Source: Octopus sinensis
Lineage: Eukaryota
Direction: 5' to 3'
NCBI RefSeq assembly: GCF_006345805.1
Contig: NC_043004.1
Span: 34,348,001-34,412,000, forward strand
Length of the DNA stretch: 64,000 nucleotides
Shown: in pieces, positions 25,696 to 38,399 of the stretch
How the letters are laid out: every line of letters starts with the position of its first letter
Position numbering within the stretch: the stretch's first letter is position 1
Notes under the pieces: generated by a model
The model's input: only the letters and a program-made list of their open reading frames with translations
What the model was told of the DNA's origin: nothing
Database searches by the model: none
Position numbers and translations under genes: made by a program

Positions 25696-26468
25696 TTCAC
25701 AGGAAAGGCTGGGCAAAGTTCAGAGAGCTTCTACCTCTGTTGCTAACAAAGAGCCTCTCCCTCAGAACGAAAGGCAGACTATATGTTCCCTGCATGTGAA
25801 CAGCCATGCTCCATGGCAGTGAAACATGTGCTGTGACCATAGGGGACATGTGAAGGCTTGAAAGAAATGAAACCAGCATGCTTTGCAGGATGTGCAATGT
25901 CAGTGTGCATGAGAAACAGAGTCTTGAGAGAAAAAATGAGCATAAGCAGCATCAGATGTGGTATGCAAGAGAGACAAAATGGACGGGTATGGTCATGTGT
26001 TGTGCATGGATGAGAACAGATTCACCAAGAAGTGTTGATCTCTAACTGAGGAGGGAACCTGTGGAAGACAAATGACGAGGTGATGAAGCGTGATCTTGGA
26101 ATGTTGGCTTCATGGATGCAATGACAAGTGGACGAGACCTTTGGTGATATGCCATGCCTGAGAAGATGTTGTCAAGCCAAGTGGTATCGTAGTTGTGGCC
26201 ATTGCTGGTGTCATGGAAATGGCAGCTGTGAAATCGTAACCATGGCCATTGCTTTAGCATGATCTTCAAATGTTGGGCCTCGCGGAGGCAAAGGCGGAAG
26301 TGGTGAAGCATGATCTATGAGTGTTGGGCTGAGACCTTCACGATAAACTGTGCTTGAGAAGACTCATCAAGCCAAGTGAAACTTTAGTTGTAGCCATTGC
26401 CAGTGTCCTGGAATTGGCACCCATACCAGCATGGGAAGTGGACATTAAATGATGATGATAATGATAAT
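25696..26468 (+). mobile_element. RTE LINE 3' portion with a duplicated terminal segment
   Basis: Reads GWAKFRELLPLLLTKSLSLRTKGRLY...MLHGSETCAVT...LERNETSML; (GAT)n tail. Confidence 0.85.
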
Positions 26469-26779
26469 CATGCGTGGAAGTCTTCATTAGGATTCAAAGT
26501 AAATCTGTAGAATGTCACTAGGTGGGATTGCTTTGAGGAATTTAAAATCCAAAGCAAGAATCTTTACTATTCAATGCAATGTAGCAAAACTGACCTGGAT
26601 ATTTACAAGCCACACTTTTGCCTTTCTCTGCAATCTGTTTGGAAGGGAGATAACCCTTACAACTGTCTCAACTTATCAGTAATCTACAACTGTCTCAGTG
26701 TCTTTTATGCTTTGCAAAACGAAACCAAAATTTGGTGCACTATAGAGACATTGCTGTTGACCTCATGTCATCCTTACAG

Positions 26780-28400
26780 ACATTCCAGCTAGGTCCATTC
26801 CAAAAGGATTTTATCAAGAACTGGATGAAAATATGGAAATCAACCCAACAAATAAGAAAAGTGGTAGAAGTCTGGAGAGGAATATGGTCAACAAAGAATC
26901 CTCTTAAGCAAAATTATTCAAAACAACAAATACAGCAGCGAAACCATGGTAGGAGGTCGGAACCACGCATATAATTCACATACTACAAAAAAAAACAAAA
27001 AAAAAAACAACTGGAATGGACCAGGATATAGGGTTTCAAATTTCAGGTTAAAATATTTAATAGGTTCACATATGATGTTAGCAGACAAATTTAATAAGAG
27101 ATTGATAGAACCAGAGACAACATTGGGCAGTGAAAAACCATTTTAATCCTCAAGACTAAAGAAACAGCAAATTTTAGCAAATATGGCATAAAGTCTTCAT
27201 GACAATGATATTATGAAGAGTAAACAACCTGTTTACAGAAGAATGAAAAAGATGCAGCAAATGTTTATATTGCAAAAAAAATTGAAACAAAAAAAACAAG
27301 GACTGATTGAGAAAACCATAACCAAAACTGTACAAAAAGAAAAAAACAAAACTGAAGGTAACCTCGGTTGTCTGTTTGAAGGGTTTTAACAGTATTCTTC
27401 ATTCTTGGATTTTGAAAACATTAACCATTAGTAAACTAGTGTTATATTTAGTGAACATGCCATGAATAAATGGTAAACAGTTTTGCTGATACAGACAAAA
27501 GAAGTTATAAAGATTAACCTCCATTCTGTATTACAAAATGACTATTTCAAGTGAACAACCTATCACTGCATCGTTTCTTTCTGTATTGACATCTTTAACC
27601 AACTTGGTAAAACAGACTGGAGCCAGATTCAAATGTTATGAGGAAAAGAGTTAACCATGTTATAGAGGTGAATGACATCCAGTTCACAACTAGATACACT
27701 GCTACAGACATCGTCCAGATTTACAAGAAAATTTTATTTGGATTAGAAAACTGCACCAAAACAACCTTGAAAAGAGGAGAATTAGTAAAAAGCACTCATG
27801 TCAGGATAGAAAAAGAAAGAGAGATGAAAGAATCAGACAAAACACAGTCAACATACACATACTTAAGACATAGAGACAACATACACAAACTCTGTAATCA
27901 TAGAAGCAGATAGTCTACAAGAGAAACACATTAAAGAAAATTCGAGGAAAGAATAATATAGATGCATTAGATTAGTACTTAAAACAGAGCTAAAGGCAAG
28001 ACAACCAAATAATAGTCCATAATATTCTAGGTATTACAGTAATAAGTTTTAGTTACAGCATTCTCAATTATATGCTAAATAAATTAGCGTGACTAGACGG
28101 ACAAACAAGAAAACTAATGACAGCATTTAGAATATATCACCCAAAGTCTGACATACAAATATTATATTTAGTACAAAATATATCAAGGTAGGGTCTTACG
28201 TAACCAGAAAATTATTACAAAATATCAGCTGTAGGACTACAAAAATATCTTCTAATGAACAATGAAAACTAACAGAAATAGCTAGAAAATACAATCAAAA
28301 CAAAAATTGCTTTCTGTCTTCGAGGTATCCTAAAAGAGGAACCTGAATGAGAGAGACACTGATGAGGAGGAAAGAGAAGAACCAAAATCATGGAAAAGCT
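26780..28400 (+). mobile_element. Decayed R4/Dong-clade retrotransposon (RT region)
   Basis: FGLENCTKTTLKRGELVKS and LVLKTELKARQ; collinear with the reverse complement of 60200-61650. Confidence 0.8.
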
Positions 28401-28405
28401 AACAA

Positions 28406-28748
28406 TCAACCCTTTTGCATTCAGATTACACTTTCAGACGTAATATTTATTTTATTTACATTGTTTTGAGATTTCAGTGTCATTGTAGCTTCGAGATTTC
28501 AGTGTCATTGTAGGCTTGGCGTGAAAGGTGGGATCTGACCTGTTTTGAACATACATCAGATAGAATATTTGGGCCTAATACAATAACACGATGCAGGGTG
28601 GTTGGTTACCTACTCAGTTGTAGTCCCAGCAGCCACTGAGCTGGCCACCTTTAATCCATGACAGTGTATTTAACAATGTGGAACTTTTAGTACATTTATT
28701 TTCATATCATTACAACAGATATGGCTGGCTTAAATGCAAAAGGATTAA
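28406..28748 (+). mobile_element. TTAA-flanked MITE (piggyBac-like ends) with a ~140-bp internal insertion
   Basis: TCAACCCTTTTGCATTC...AATGCAAAAGGATTAA; homologous to 48270-48493. Confidence 0.7.
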
Positions 28749-28980
28749 AGCTAAAATTAATACTACCAAATATTATGTTAAAGTGAAATAAGGAGAAAAG
28801 TTCCTAAATAACCAAGGTAACAGATAAAAAACATATGCATATAACATACGAATACTTACATATACGAACGTATATATACATCTATTTCTCTCCTGGTGCT
28901 GTATGAACATTTAATGTGGTTTTAGAGTCAGGTTTTGACTGCTATTTCCAGCGTGGTAGTATCTCTTAAATACCCTAAAT

Positions 28981-29330
28981 TCATCATCATCATCATCATC
29001 GTTTAACGTCCGTTTTCCATGCTAGCATGGGTTGGACGGTTCAACTGGGATCTGGGAAGCCAGAAGGCTGCACCAGGCTCCAGTCTGATCTGGCAATGTT
29101 TCTACAGCTGGATGCCCTTCCTAATGCCAACCACTCCGTGAGTGTAGAGGGAGCTTTTTATGTGCCACTGGCACAGGTGCCAGGCAAGGCTGGCAACGGC
29201 CACGATCAGATTGGTGCTTTTTACGTGCCACCAGCACGGAAGCCAGTCAAGGCGGCGCTGGCATCGACTACGTTCGGATGGTGCATTTTACATGCCACCG
29301 GCACGGAAGCCAGTCAAGGCGATTCATACA
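28981..29330 (-). mobile_element. Non-autonomous element with RTE-type tail
   Basis: (ATC)n followed by GTTTAACGTCCGTTTTCCATGC; internal GTGCCAC repeats. Confidence 0.9.
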
Positions 29331-30482
29331 TATATAGATATACATATAAAACACTGATATCATGATTTACTTACCTCAAGATTTTATTAAGCTTATTTCT
29401 GAACTGCAGAGAATATTTTAAAACTACATTTTAATTCCTATAGTGTTAAGCAGAAGAGAGATAAAACTTTGTTTAAGTATGAACTTTTTACTTGCATTTC
29501 AACTTCACACCATGCAACAAGTGTATATTGAAAGAAATGGATTTCATTTTACATTCCTCCTGTCATTCAAAGCAAAGAATTGCAATCAATGAAGGAGCTT
29601 TCATGGAACCAGACCAAATCTTCGTCAAATCACACCCTACCATCTTAAAAATAGTTTCTGACACTCTGAAAGGGGGAATAGTCATGGCTGGAATGCATTT
29701 TATCATTGGTTAGTTTAATCAGTATACTGACTTGTGTCTTAACAACATCAGGAACTATTGATGCTGACATAGAAACAGGTGGTCCAGGTGGTTGAACGGT
29801 GATGTGTTGTGACTAAGAGGGTTACCCATTTTCAGAGATGTTTCATATCATTGGTTGCACTGTTGGTGTCGTAATAATTCACCAATTCCTGACTTAAAAG
29901 ATTATTCAACCAATGAGAACACTAAGGTATTCCTTGACAGAAAAGTGCAAAGGATCAATGCATGAATCATAAATTTTCTATCCAACCTTCTATTCGGTGA
30001 TTCTCAGTTTGGTTGTTATTGTTTGCTCTATTGAGAATATAAGACACACAAAATGTAGTTACCTATTTTGCTGTCAGTTTGTAAGTTCTTAAAAGCTATT
30101 TAACTCCCAAGTCTCAAAGGTCTACACAAAGGAATTTTGCTGTTACCATCTGCTAACATTTAATATAATGGTGATATCTTAGTTTTTCTCAGACATTTCT
30201 AGCAGACTGTTATCTATAGTAATTCTTTACATTTTTCTTCTATTACTTCTTTGTTCAAGAAGACATCTCAGCAATATTTATAGGTAACAAAACATTTTTA
30301 TATACCTACCTATTATTTAGTTACTGTTGCTCACACTTTACATTCAGTATCAATTTCAACATATTTAAACTTCACTTTCTTGGTTTATATTATATACAAT
30401 AGTGGTAGGATATTGGTCGATATTATGGATGATACTGGTATGATATAGATCTATACTATAGATGATATTGGTTTGAATTATA

Positions 30483-30675
30483 GATGGCAGAATTGTCAGC
30501 ACACTACACAAAACATTTAGTGTCTTTACACTCTGAGTTCAAATTCTGATATGGTCAACTCTGTCTGTCATGGTTTCAGGGTCGATAAAATAAGTACCAG
30601 TTGAGTACTGGGGTTGATGTAATCAACTAGCCACCTCCTCTGAAATTGCTAGCCTTGTGCCAAATTTCAAAACCA
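30483..30675 (+). mobile_element. SINE family B variant
   Basis: GAGTTCAAATTC...GGGTCGATAAAATAAGTACCAG...GGGTTGATGTAATCAAC. Confidence 0.8.
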
Positions 30676-30775
30676 ATATATTATAGATTGTATTGGTCTA
30701 TATTATGGATGGTCTGTATTATACAGATTACCTGTCAGGTATATAACTGCTATTATCATCATCCTTAAACGATGG

Positions 30776-30812
<37 letters not shown>

Positions 30813-31726
30813 AGAATGGAATATGTTCTTTTAAATTGATAATGAAATTTTTGAATATACACTAACTTTACATTCATTTCATAAAAGTAATTTTTGCTAT
30901 GAAATGTCAAAAAAGACTATGTGTGTTCTGAAAAGTTAGAATAACTCTTCTGTGATGTAAACTGATCCAATTTCAAGACATAATCTTGGAACAAGTCACT
31001 TACCAAAAAGTCCAGTTCCAAAATATTCAGTTTGTGTTCTATTAAAATGCAAATGTTCTTTTCTTTTATAGAAAATCTTTCATAAACTTAATGAAATACA
31101 GAGTAAATGAACAGGAATGGAAATGGATTTTTGGAACTAGGGGTGCATAAAGATCCATGTGGTTGAGTATGGGTTGGAGGGTGGTGTGGATTTTGTAAGC
31201 CCCTGTGCGCAACTGATAGGAAGAGGATTGTTGCCCTTTTGTGTATCTCAGGAATTCCTTCAATACAAATAAATATACATATTTTAAATGGGATGCTTAA
31301 TGTAAAATGATTTGTGTATCCAGTAAATTACAAAAGTAATAATTGTTTTCTATCTCAGAATTTTATTACTCAAACAACTGGTATTAAATGATATTAAGAA
31401 CAATATAAGCATTAACATTATGCAATTATATACAACAATTTAATAAAAGAGATTTATCATTTCATTTAATATCTTTGTATGTGAGTCACATTTACACCCA
31501 AACCACAAATGTATCTCCAGTCTCTCAAACTACCATACAATGTTGTCCCACACCAAGTTGTGAAGGGCATCTCATGGCCTTTGCCTGCACTATGGCAGAG
31601 GGGAAATATTTCAAGAGGGCTTTCTAGAAACTAAATATAAATATTTTATGGGCTCACATATTGAAAGGCTTTGATCTGATGAGGATATCCAAGAAATTCA
31701 ATAGAGAAAAATCCATCTAAAATTGT

Positions 31727-31956
31727 TTAACTCTTAAACATCCAAAACCAGCCATATTGGGCCCAAATATTTCACCTCTTTTCTGTTCAAACTGGTCTGA
31801 TCCAGCTTCTCACACCTTCTCAACAAAGTCATTCTAAAAATAAACAACCACATCATTGAAGTTATAAATCTGTGAGATAATGCTTGATTAAATCAAAGCA
31901 ATATAAATAAATAAGTAGTACATTTGAAAGAGTAATCTAAATGCTAAAAGGATTAA
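31727..31956 (-). mobile_element. TTAA-flanked MITE
   Basis: Reverse complement of the 48270-48493 family. Confidence 0.75.
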
Positions 31957-32219
31957 AGGAAAAAGAAAAACACTCGAAAGCAACTCCAATAAAATATGTT
32001 GATTAAAATTTTGGTTACTACCAAAATAGACTGGAGTGTATTTGGGTTTTAAATCCAACTGGTGAAAATAGCAGACATGTTCCTGTGTATCTGGAGCTTT
32101 TCAGTGAAACATTCTTTGCAGTTGGTAGCAGTAAGAACGAACATTATGTACATGCATATATCGGGAAATTTCTACTAGTAAATCTCACAATGAGAGATAT
32201 TCAGCAACAGTACTTTGGA

Positions 32220-32657
32220 GTAAAGATTGTTTGCCAGCATAACATGGCAGTCCTGGTTTAGGACGAATGTTGCTGTAATTTAGCCCCAGGAGACATCATC
32301 TGCAGCTGGCAATATGACACAGATATTACTTTGAGATGAGTGGGGGTGCTAGATTCCCTTGTTCGAAAATATAAGGACACAGATCAAATAGTAATGTTCT
32401 AATTTATAGAGCAGTGATTAGTTTCACTTTGAAAACTATATATTTCAAACAGGAATTTGGCAGCACCACCTCTAGCCGAGCAATTATTCTGTGCTGATGA
32501 AGGGAAATAACCTGGAAATCACGATTCTCTTGTTTGAAAATATAAAGACACAGATTGTGCCATATAGCCAACTGGAGACCATGTCTCCTGGGGCTAAATT
32601 ACAGCAACATTCATCCTAAAACAGGACTGCCATGTTATGTTGGTAAACAATGTTTAC
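32220..32657. repeat. ~100-bp inverted repeat flanking a ~230-bp spacer
   Basis: 32220-32322 matches the reverse complement of 32553-32657 (e.g. CATAACATGGCAGTCCTG..TTAGGA.GAATGTTGCTGTAATTTAGCCCCAGGAGACAT). Confidence 0.9.
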
Positions 32658-33014
32658 CCCATGCATATTTTGGTTCGTTCATTTTACATCGGTTTGGTTC
32701 ATACCATCTTAGGTTACACAGATATATGATAGAAGCATTGTTTTACTGGTGGAAGCCCTTCCTGATGCTAACACTTTCATGATTTCTATTTATAGAACTT
32801 CCATTTTCAGGTTATTAAAGTCACGAAATAAATGGGCAATTTGTTGACACAAGTCACTGCAACAATAACAACACATGCAGCAAGCAACTTATAGAACACA
32901 AATGTAAACAAATATGCACATACACACATGCACGTGCACAAGCACATGTACGAATATGCACAAACATATGCACACTCACACATGCACATACACACACACA
33001 CACACATATATTTA

Positions 33015-33172
33015 TATGCAATGGGTTTCTTTTAGTTTCCATTTACCAAATTTGCTCCCAAGGTTTTGTTTGACCAGATCTATTGTCGAAGACACTTGCC
33101 CCAGGAGTCATGCAGTGAAACTGAACTCAGGACCATGTGGTTGGGAAGTGAAATTCTTAATAATGCAGTCAT
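33015..33172 (-). mobile_element. SINE family A head fragment
   Basis: GAAGACACTTGCCCCAGG...CAGTGAAACTGAACTC. Confidence 0.75.
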
Positions 33173-33319
33173 GTCTGGGAATGTAAATGAAAGCTTAACC
33201 TCAGGAGCAAAATATGGTGAAGCATTTCTTTTGGATGAAGAATGACAAGCAGAAGGAATGGTGAAAAGTCCTTTCTTTTGAAGATAAATATATATATACA
33301 AATATATACATATATGTGT

Positions 33320-33379
<60 letters not shown>

Positions 33380-34150
33380 GTAAATTCGAAAAATGAACAA
33401 CAAACACAAAAAATACAACATCACAAGGACATGGTACATGTAAAGTATTAGCAGACGCTCAGGGAAGGAAAGAAAGATGGTTTAACATTTCAAGCAATGC
33501 TCTTCTTCAGAAACAGAAGAAAGTCCAATAGTTCAGTGGGGCAATTTCAGGCAGAAACAACGGAGTGGCGAGAGTTATTGGGTTTTTGAATGGGGAGTTC
33601 AGACGATGTGGTTAGTGGCAGTGGGGGGAAGCAGAATAGGAGACGAGGTCATGGATGGTGAAGGATACAACACACAGTTGGTAGGAGGGGAAGAGACGAT
33701 GGAAGAAGGGATTTTGAAGCTGGCTGAGTGCTTCCTCCCTGTATAACACTCTTCTCTGTCTTTCTCTTTATTGTGATTACAATATGGATAGCTATCAGTT
33801 GGCTTTACTTCTTATTAAACATCCCTTCTTTTATAGATTGATAGTATATTACATTCTCTACAATGACATTCGTTCTCTTCTTTCTCATTCCTATAATTGT
33901 CTTACTCTGGCCCCTATTCCTTTGTGCTCCCTAACGACACATACGCTCCACCTTGCTCCTTACAATGCAATAATAAGCCTTTTCCTCATCAGTTCTGTTG
34001 TTTCTTACCTTCTTGGGGCTCCACTGTCACATTTTTACCATTCCCACAATTGTCACATTCTGGTATCCGATCCCTGCCTCACAGATTATTTGAAGACTTC
34101 AACTCACAAATGTTCAAACAAACTACACCTACGTTGGTCTCACTAGATTG
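33380..34150. mobile_element. Composite Penelope-like remnant: minus-strand terminal repeat with hammerhead, plus a possible RT-thumb fragment on plus
   Basis: 33380-33520 is homologous to 18766-18968; 33900-34130 weakly resembles the PLE post-RT region. Confidence 0.5.
33480..33514 (-). ncRNA. Minimal hammerhead ribozyme with an intact catalytic core
   Basis: GTTT CTGAAGA A GAGC ATT GCTT GAAA TGTT AAAC: CUGANGA, stem II, GAAA, loopless stem III, GUU cleavage triplet, stem I. Confidence 0.65.
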
Positions 34151-34426
34151 ACTAACAAGTACAAGTAATGATACTTGCTGTCTGTTGTTGTCTGTGTTAC
34201 GGCATATGTGATGGATGCCTTCCAAAAGACGTATTTTATGGTGAACTGGCATTCGTACAGCAGACATTTGCCTGAAGCTTTGCTGTTAAAGATGACCTCA
34301 AGTGTGATATTGATATCTTTGACAGTTGTGGAGAAAACTTTTTGGAGATTGGCAACAACAGGTCAGAAGTGGGTGGAGGCAAAATTTATTTCTATTTTAT
34401 CATTTATCACAATGAAATAAATCACA

Positions 34427-34427
34427 G

Positions 34428-34467
<40 letters not shown>

Positions 34468-34570
34468 CCTCACTACCTACCTACCTATTACTTACCTACT
34501 TACCTACCTTCCTGTCTGTTTGGTCTACCTTTCCATCTTTTTTTAGAGAGCTATCTATCTGTCTGTCTGT

Positions 34571-34601
<31 letters not shown>

Positions 34602-34621
34602 CCTATCTATCTATCTATCTA

Positions 34622-34658
<37 letters not shown>

Positions 34659-34720
34659 AGACAGAGAGAGCGTGAGAGAGATTGATAGATAGATACATAC
34701 ATACATACATACATATATAC

Positions 34721-34752
<32 letters not shown>
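34427..34752. repeat. (TCTA)n/(CCTA)n/(TA)n/(GACA)n compound microsatellite
   Basis: Direct reading. Confidence 0.9.
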
Positions 34753-35009
34753 TTATACGCAGATGTTTGTATGTATGTATCAAGCAATGGCTATAAAATA
34801 AACACAAGAGAACAGAGAGAGAAGAAGACAACAATCTGTATATGTGTTCTACTAAATTCATTTTTAATTTCTCTGCCAATCCTGACTGGCCTTCATTGTT
34901 CATGTGAATAACTTCAAACAGTCTTACTACTGATCTCCACCAAACTTCTCCAGACTTCAGAGCATTCTCAAAGGGCAATCAGTACATTAAAGTTGTTTTT
35001 CAACTATAA

Positions 35010-35900
35010 AATTCTCTTGAAGTTATTTTGTTAGAAATATGGCAGTGGTGATTCTACAGAATAGATAAGACAAAACCAGAACCATCTTGCTTACCATATT
35101 TCCATTTGGAACTATATTTCTGTAATATCTCCATGAATATGAATCTTCTTTGGTTATATAACCTCTGCATCTGTCATTAGTTGAGACTGAGTCTATTCTT
35201 TTGCTAGTTATTGTTCGAGCTGGCAGAAACGTTAGCAAGCCGGGCGAAATGCGTCGCCGTATTTCGTCTGCCATTACGTTCTGAGTTCAAATCCACCGAG
35301 GTCGACTTTGCCTTTCATCCTTTCGGGGTCGATAAATTAAGTACCAGTTACACACTGGGTCGATGTAATCGACTTAATCCATTTGTCTGTTCTTGTTTGT
35401 CCTCTCTGTGTTTAGCCCCTTGTGGGTAGTAAAGAAATATATTGTTGGGTATAAGATGTTTATCAAGTAACCCCAGGGTGGGGGACTCACCCGTTTGAAG
35501 CAGTTGTCCATAGATATTCTTCTTCCACTGATTTTGGAAGTTATGATGTCATCTGCAGGGCAACTAACCTCTACATGATTTTTTTCTTTTCCCTTCCAAA
35601 TAACAATATTAGGTCTGTTATGTTTGCAGTTGGCAGAAGTTTTGCTGGGAATGTTCCACCAATATTCCGTTATGTATGGATTCTTATGTTGTGACAGATG
35701 TGTTGCTTACATTTGTCCCAGAATAGTATTTTTGGTAGATTTCCTTGTGTATTGTGTTAGCCATAACCTCTCATGTAGCAGAGATTGTACCAAAATAGCT
35801 TTCTTGGACAGTTGCTGATTACATGGAAAACGGACCTAATTGACAGAAGTGGTGCATCTTGGGATTTTAAGGGCTTTGCTGTATTGTTTGTTCAGGAGAT
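35010..35900 (-). mobile_element. Decayed R4/Dong-like remnant interrupted by a SINE
   Basis: ITKEDS...PNGNMVSKM region resembles IT.EEV...SNWKAPG.D of 61380-61450 after frameshifts. Confidence 0.4.
35215..35440 (+). mobile_element. SINE family B, near full length
   Basis: GAGCTGGCAGAAACGTTAGC...GACTTTGCCTTTCATCCTTTCGGGGTCGATAAATTAAGTACCAG. Confidence 0.95.
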
Positions 35901-36004
35901 ATTTTGAAGCTTTCTCCTGCTTTTCAATTGAGAATGCATAGTCTTTAAGATGTGATGTGAGGTAGCAGTCACAAGTCCCAGGGAGGGCACACTTCTTGTT
36001 ACTA

Positions 36005-36195
36005 TTAGTTTCAAACTTTGCCAGAAGGCCAGCAATTTTAGGGGAGGGGGTAAGTCAATTACATTGACCTCCAATTGCTCAACTGGTTCTCATTGGCAGA
36101 ATTTGACCTTGGCAGGATTTGAACTCAGACTGTAGTGATGGATAAAATGCCACTAAGCATTTTGCCCAGCATGTTGACCATTCTGCCAGCTTTCC
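36005..36195 (-). mobile_element. SINE family B variant, diverged
   Basis: AAGGCCAGCAATTTTAGGGGAGGGG...GATTTGAACTCAG. Confidence 0.7.
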
Positions 36196-37569
36196 ACACT
36201 ACATCATCTCAATACTACTGTCATCCCTTTCTAGTTTACAGGAAACATAAACCCATGGAAAGCAGATGTTAAATGATGATGATGATGATGATGATGATAT
36301 ATATGCATAACCTTTTTTGAAATGTAGAATGTTTCTCTTGAAAGTCTTTGTTAAGATATATGTATGCGTATGTGTATATGTCTGTGTATGCACAAATTTA
36401 TGGCAGCTGGGACTAGCGTATGGCCATTGAGATTGACAAGCAACCGTAGATGGTATGTAAGCAAATGTCAGTTCAGTTCTCGTTGCTTCCACTCAAGAGC
36501 CAAATGTTTGCGACTCTGGGGTACCCACTGAAGATATGGAATGGTTTCCAATATTGCAGTGACTTTAGCCAGCATCAAGTGAAGAACTTGCAACATCTTT
36601 AAGTCACTCCTGCAGTTTCTGCATGTGTCAGAGCATCTATGATATTTATTTCATGTGTGTGTGTGTCTGTGTGTGCACACACATGTGCATGTGTGTGTAC
36701 GTGTGTGTGTATACATGCATATGTGTGTTGAGTATATGTATGTGTGATGTTTCTGTTCCTAAGTCCCAAGTGATTTCATACATTTCATTATTTATAGAGG
36801 AATGGATCGATCAATTCACTTATTGGGGTCTTGGTTATGAAACCAGTTTGTATCTGAGATTAAATCCAGCTTGATTCTAGATCTTAATCAGATTTTATCA
36901 TATCTCAAGTATTATATATCCTGCTTATTCCAATAACTCATAACCATGACTCCAAACAAGCAGAAATTTGACCATCTACCAGTCAGATTTATAGAATCCA
37001 ATATCACCATGAGCAAAATATTTATAAATTTAGTTGAACTGTAAGTGGCTTGGCGAAGTGAAGAAAATTGGAAATGATTTCGACGTAAATATCTGTTAAG
37101 CAGCTGCTCTGCACTTGTAAGGTCACCAGTAAAATTATTTCATTTCATTCCAGTTAGAGCATGTTCACTACAAAATTTTTGTACTGGTATTTAAGACATT
37201 TATCCAACTTACAGTAATAACAGCTTTTGTATTTTATGTTCAAATTTTAATCTTCCTTTTTATCAATTTCCTCACATGAACATTTATACCAACATAACTG
37301 AATGTTGTACACCTCAATTACTTTATTCCGTCATTAAAATAATGATTACATAGCTTTAATATAATGAACAACAATACATTGTTAGAAAAGAACAAATACA
37401 GCAGCCATGTTTCACCAAAAACAGGGAAAAGCATCAAACAAATTCTTTAAAATTATTCTTTTGCCGAAAAATTCAATTTGGTGCTGAATCAATGTTGTTC
37501 AGTGTTTATGCTTTTCCTTGTCAAGTGTGTAAATGCTATGGGCCTTTACACACACACACACACACACCA

Positions 37570-37816
37570 CACACACACACACATGCATACATATATACAT
37601 ACGTGCATACATACATATATATATATTAAGTATATATAATATATATACATGTATGTATACTTGTATGTGTATATACACATATATGTATACATACACACAC
37701 ACACACACACATGCATACATATATACATACGTGCATACATACATATATATATATTAAGTATATATAATATATATACATGTATGTATACTTGTATGTGTAT
37801 ATACACATATATGTAT

Positions 37817-37850
<34 letters not shown>
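37570..37850. repeat. 128-bp tandem duplication of a compound microsatellite block
   Basis: CATGCATACATATATACATACGTGC at 37582 and 37710, with identical intervening text. Confidence 0.9.
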
Positions 37851-37851
<1 letters not shown>

Positions 37852-38399
37852 TGCATATTCAGCTAGGTAGATGGGTAGACAGACAGACAGACAGACAGAC
37901 AGACACAGAGACACATAGATAGATATGGTTTTTTCCCCATTGTGAATTTCATCCAATTACTGTGTGGGTTTTTTTTTTTTTTCGACTGAAGGTTTATACA
38001 TGTACAAGCAAATATTTGTTCATTTCTTTAGATCTGTCAAACAATTAAAACAAAAAAAAAAAAAAACACAAAACTAAACAAATCAAGCAAAAAATCACTG
38101 CAATAAACAACCATACTTGTAAAGCCAGACATATGTTTTACCAAAACAAAATGCTATGATATGCAACATTAACAGAAGCGCCAGCAACAATAATGGCAAT
38201 TCATTCTTTACTGATATTATAAACCAAATAGAACTATTGAACACAAGTTATCTCTGAACAAAGATACATTCTTGCCAGAGGAATATATCTAGGAAACAGC
38301 ATGTAGAAAAGAAACATACCTCAGCTTTTCAAAAATGATGGAATCTTTCAAAGACAGTGACTTATGTATTTTGAGGAATGCTTTGTTGATGTGTTACAG

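Noticed and set aside
31655-31705. CTGATGA GGATATCC AA GAAA with flanking ATTGAA/TTCAAT as a hammerhead
   Set aside because: There is no UH cleavage triplet in register, extra bases precede GAAA, and stem I is absent.
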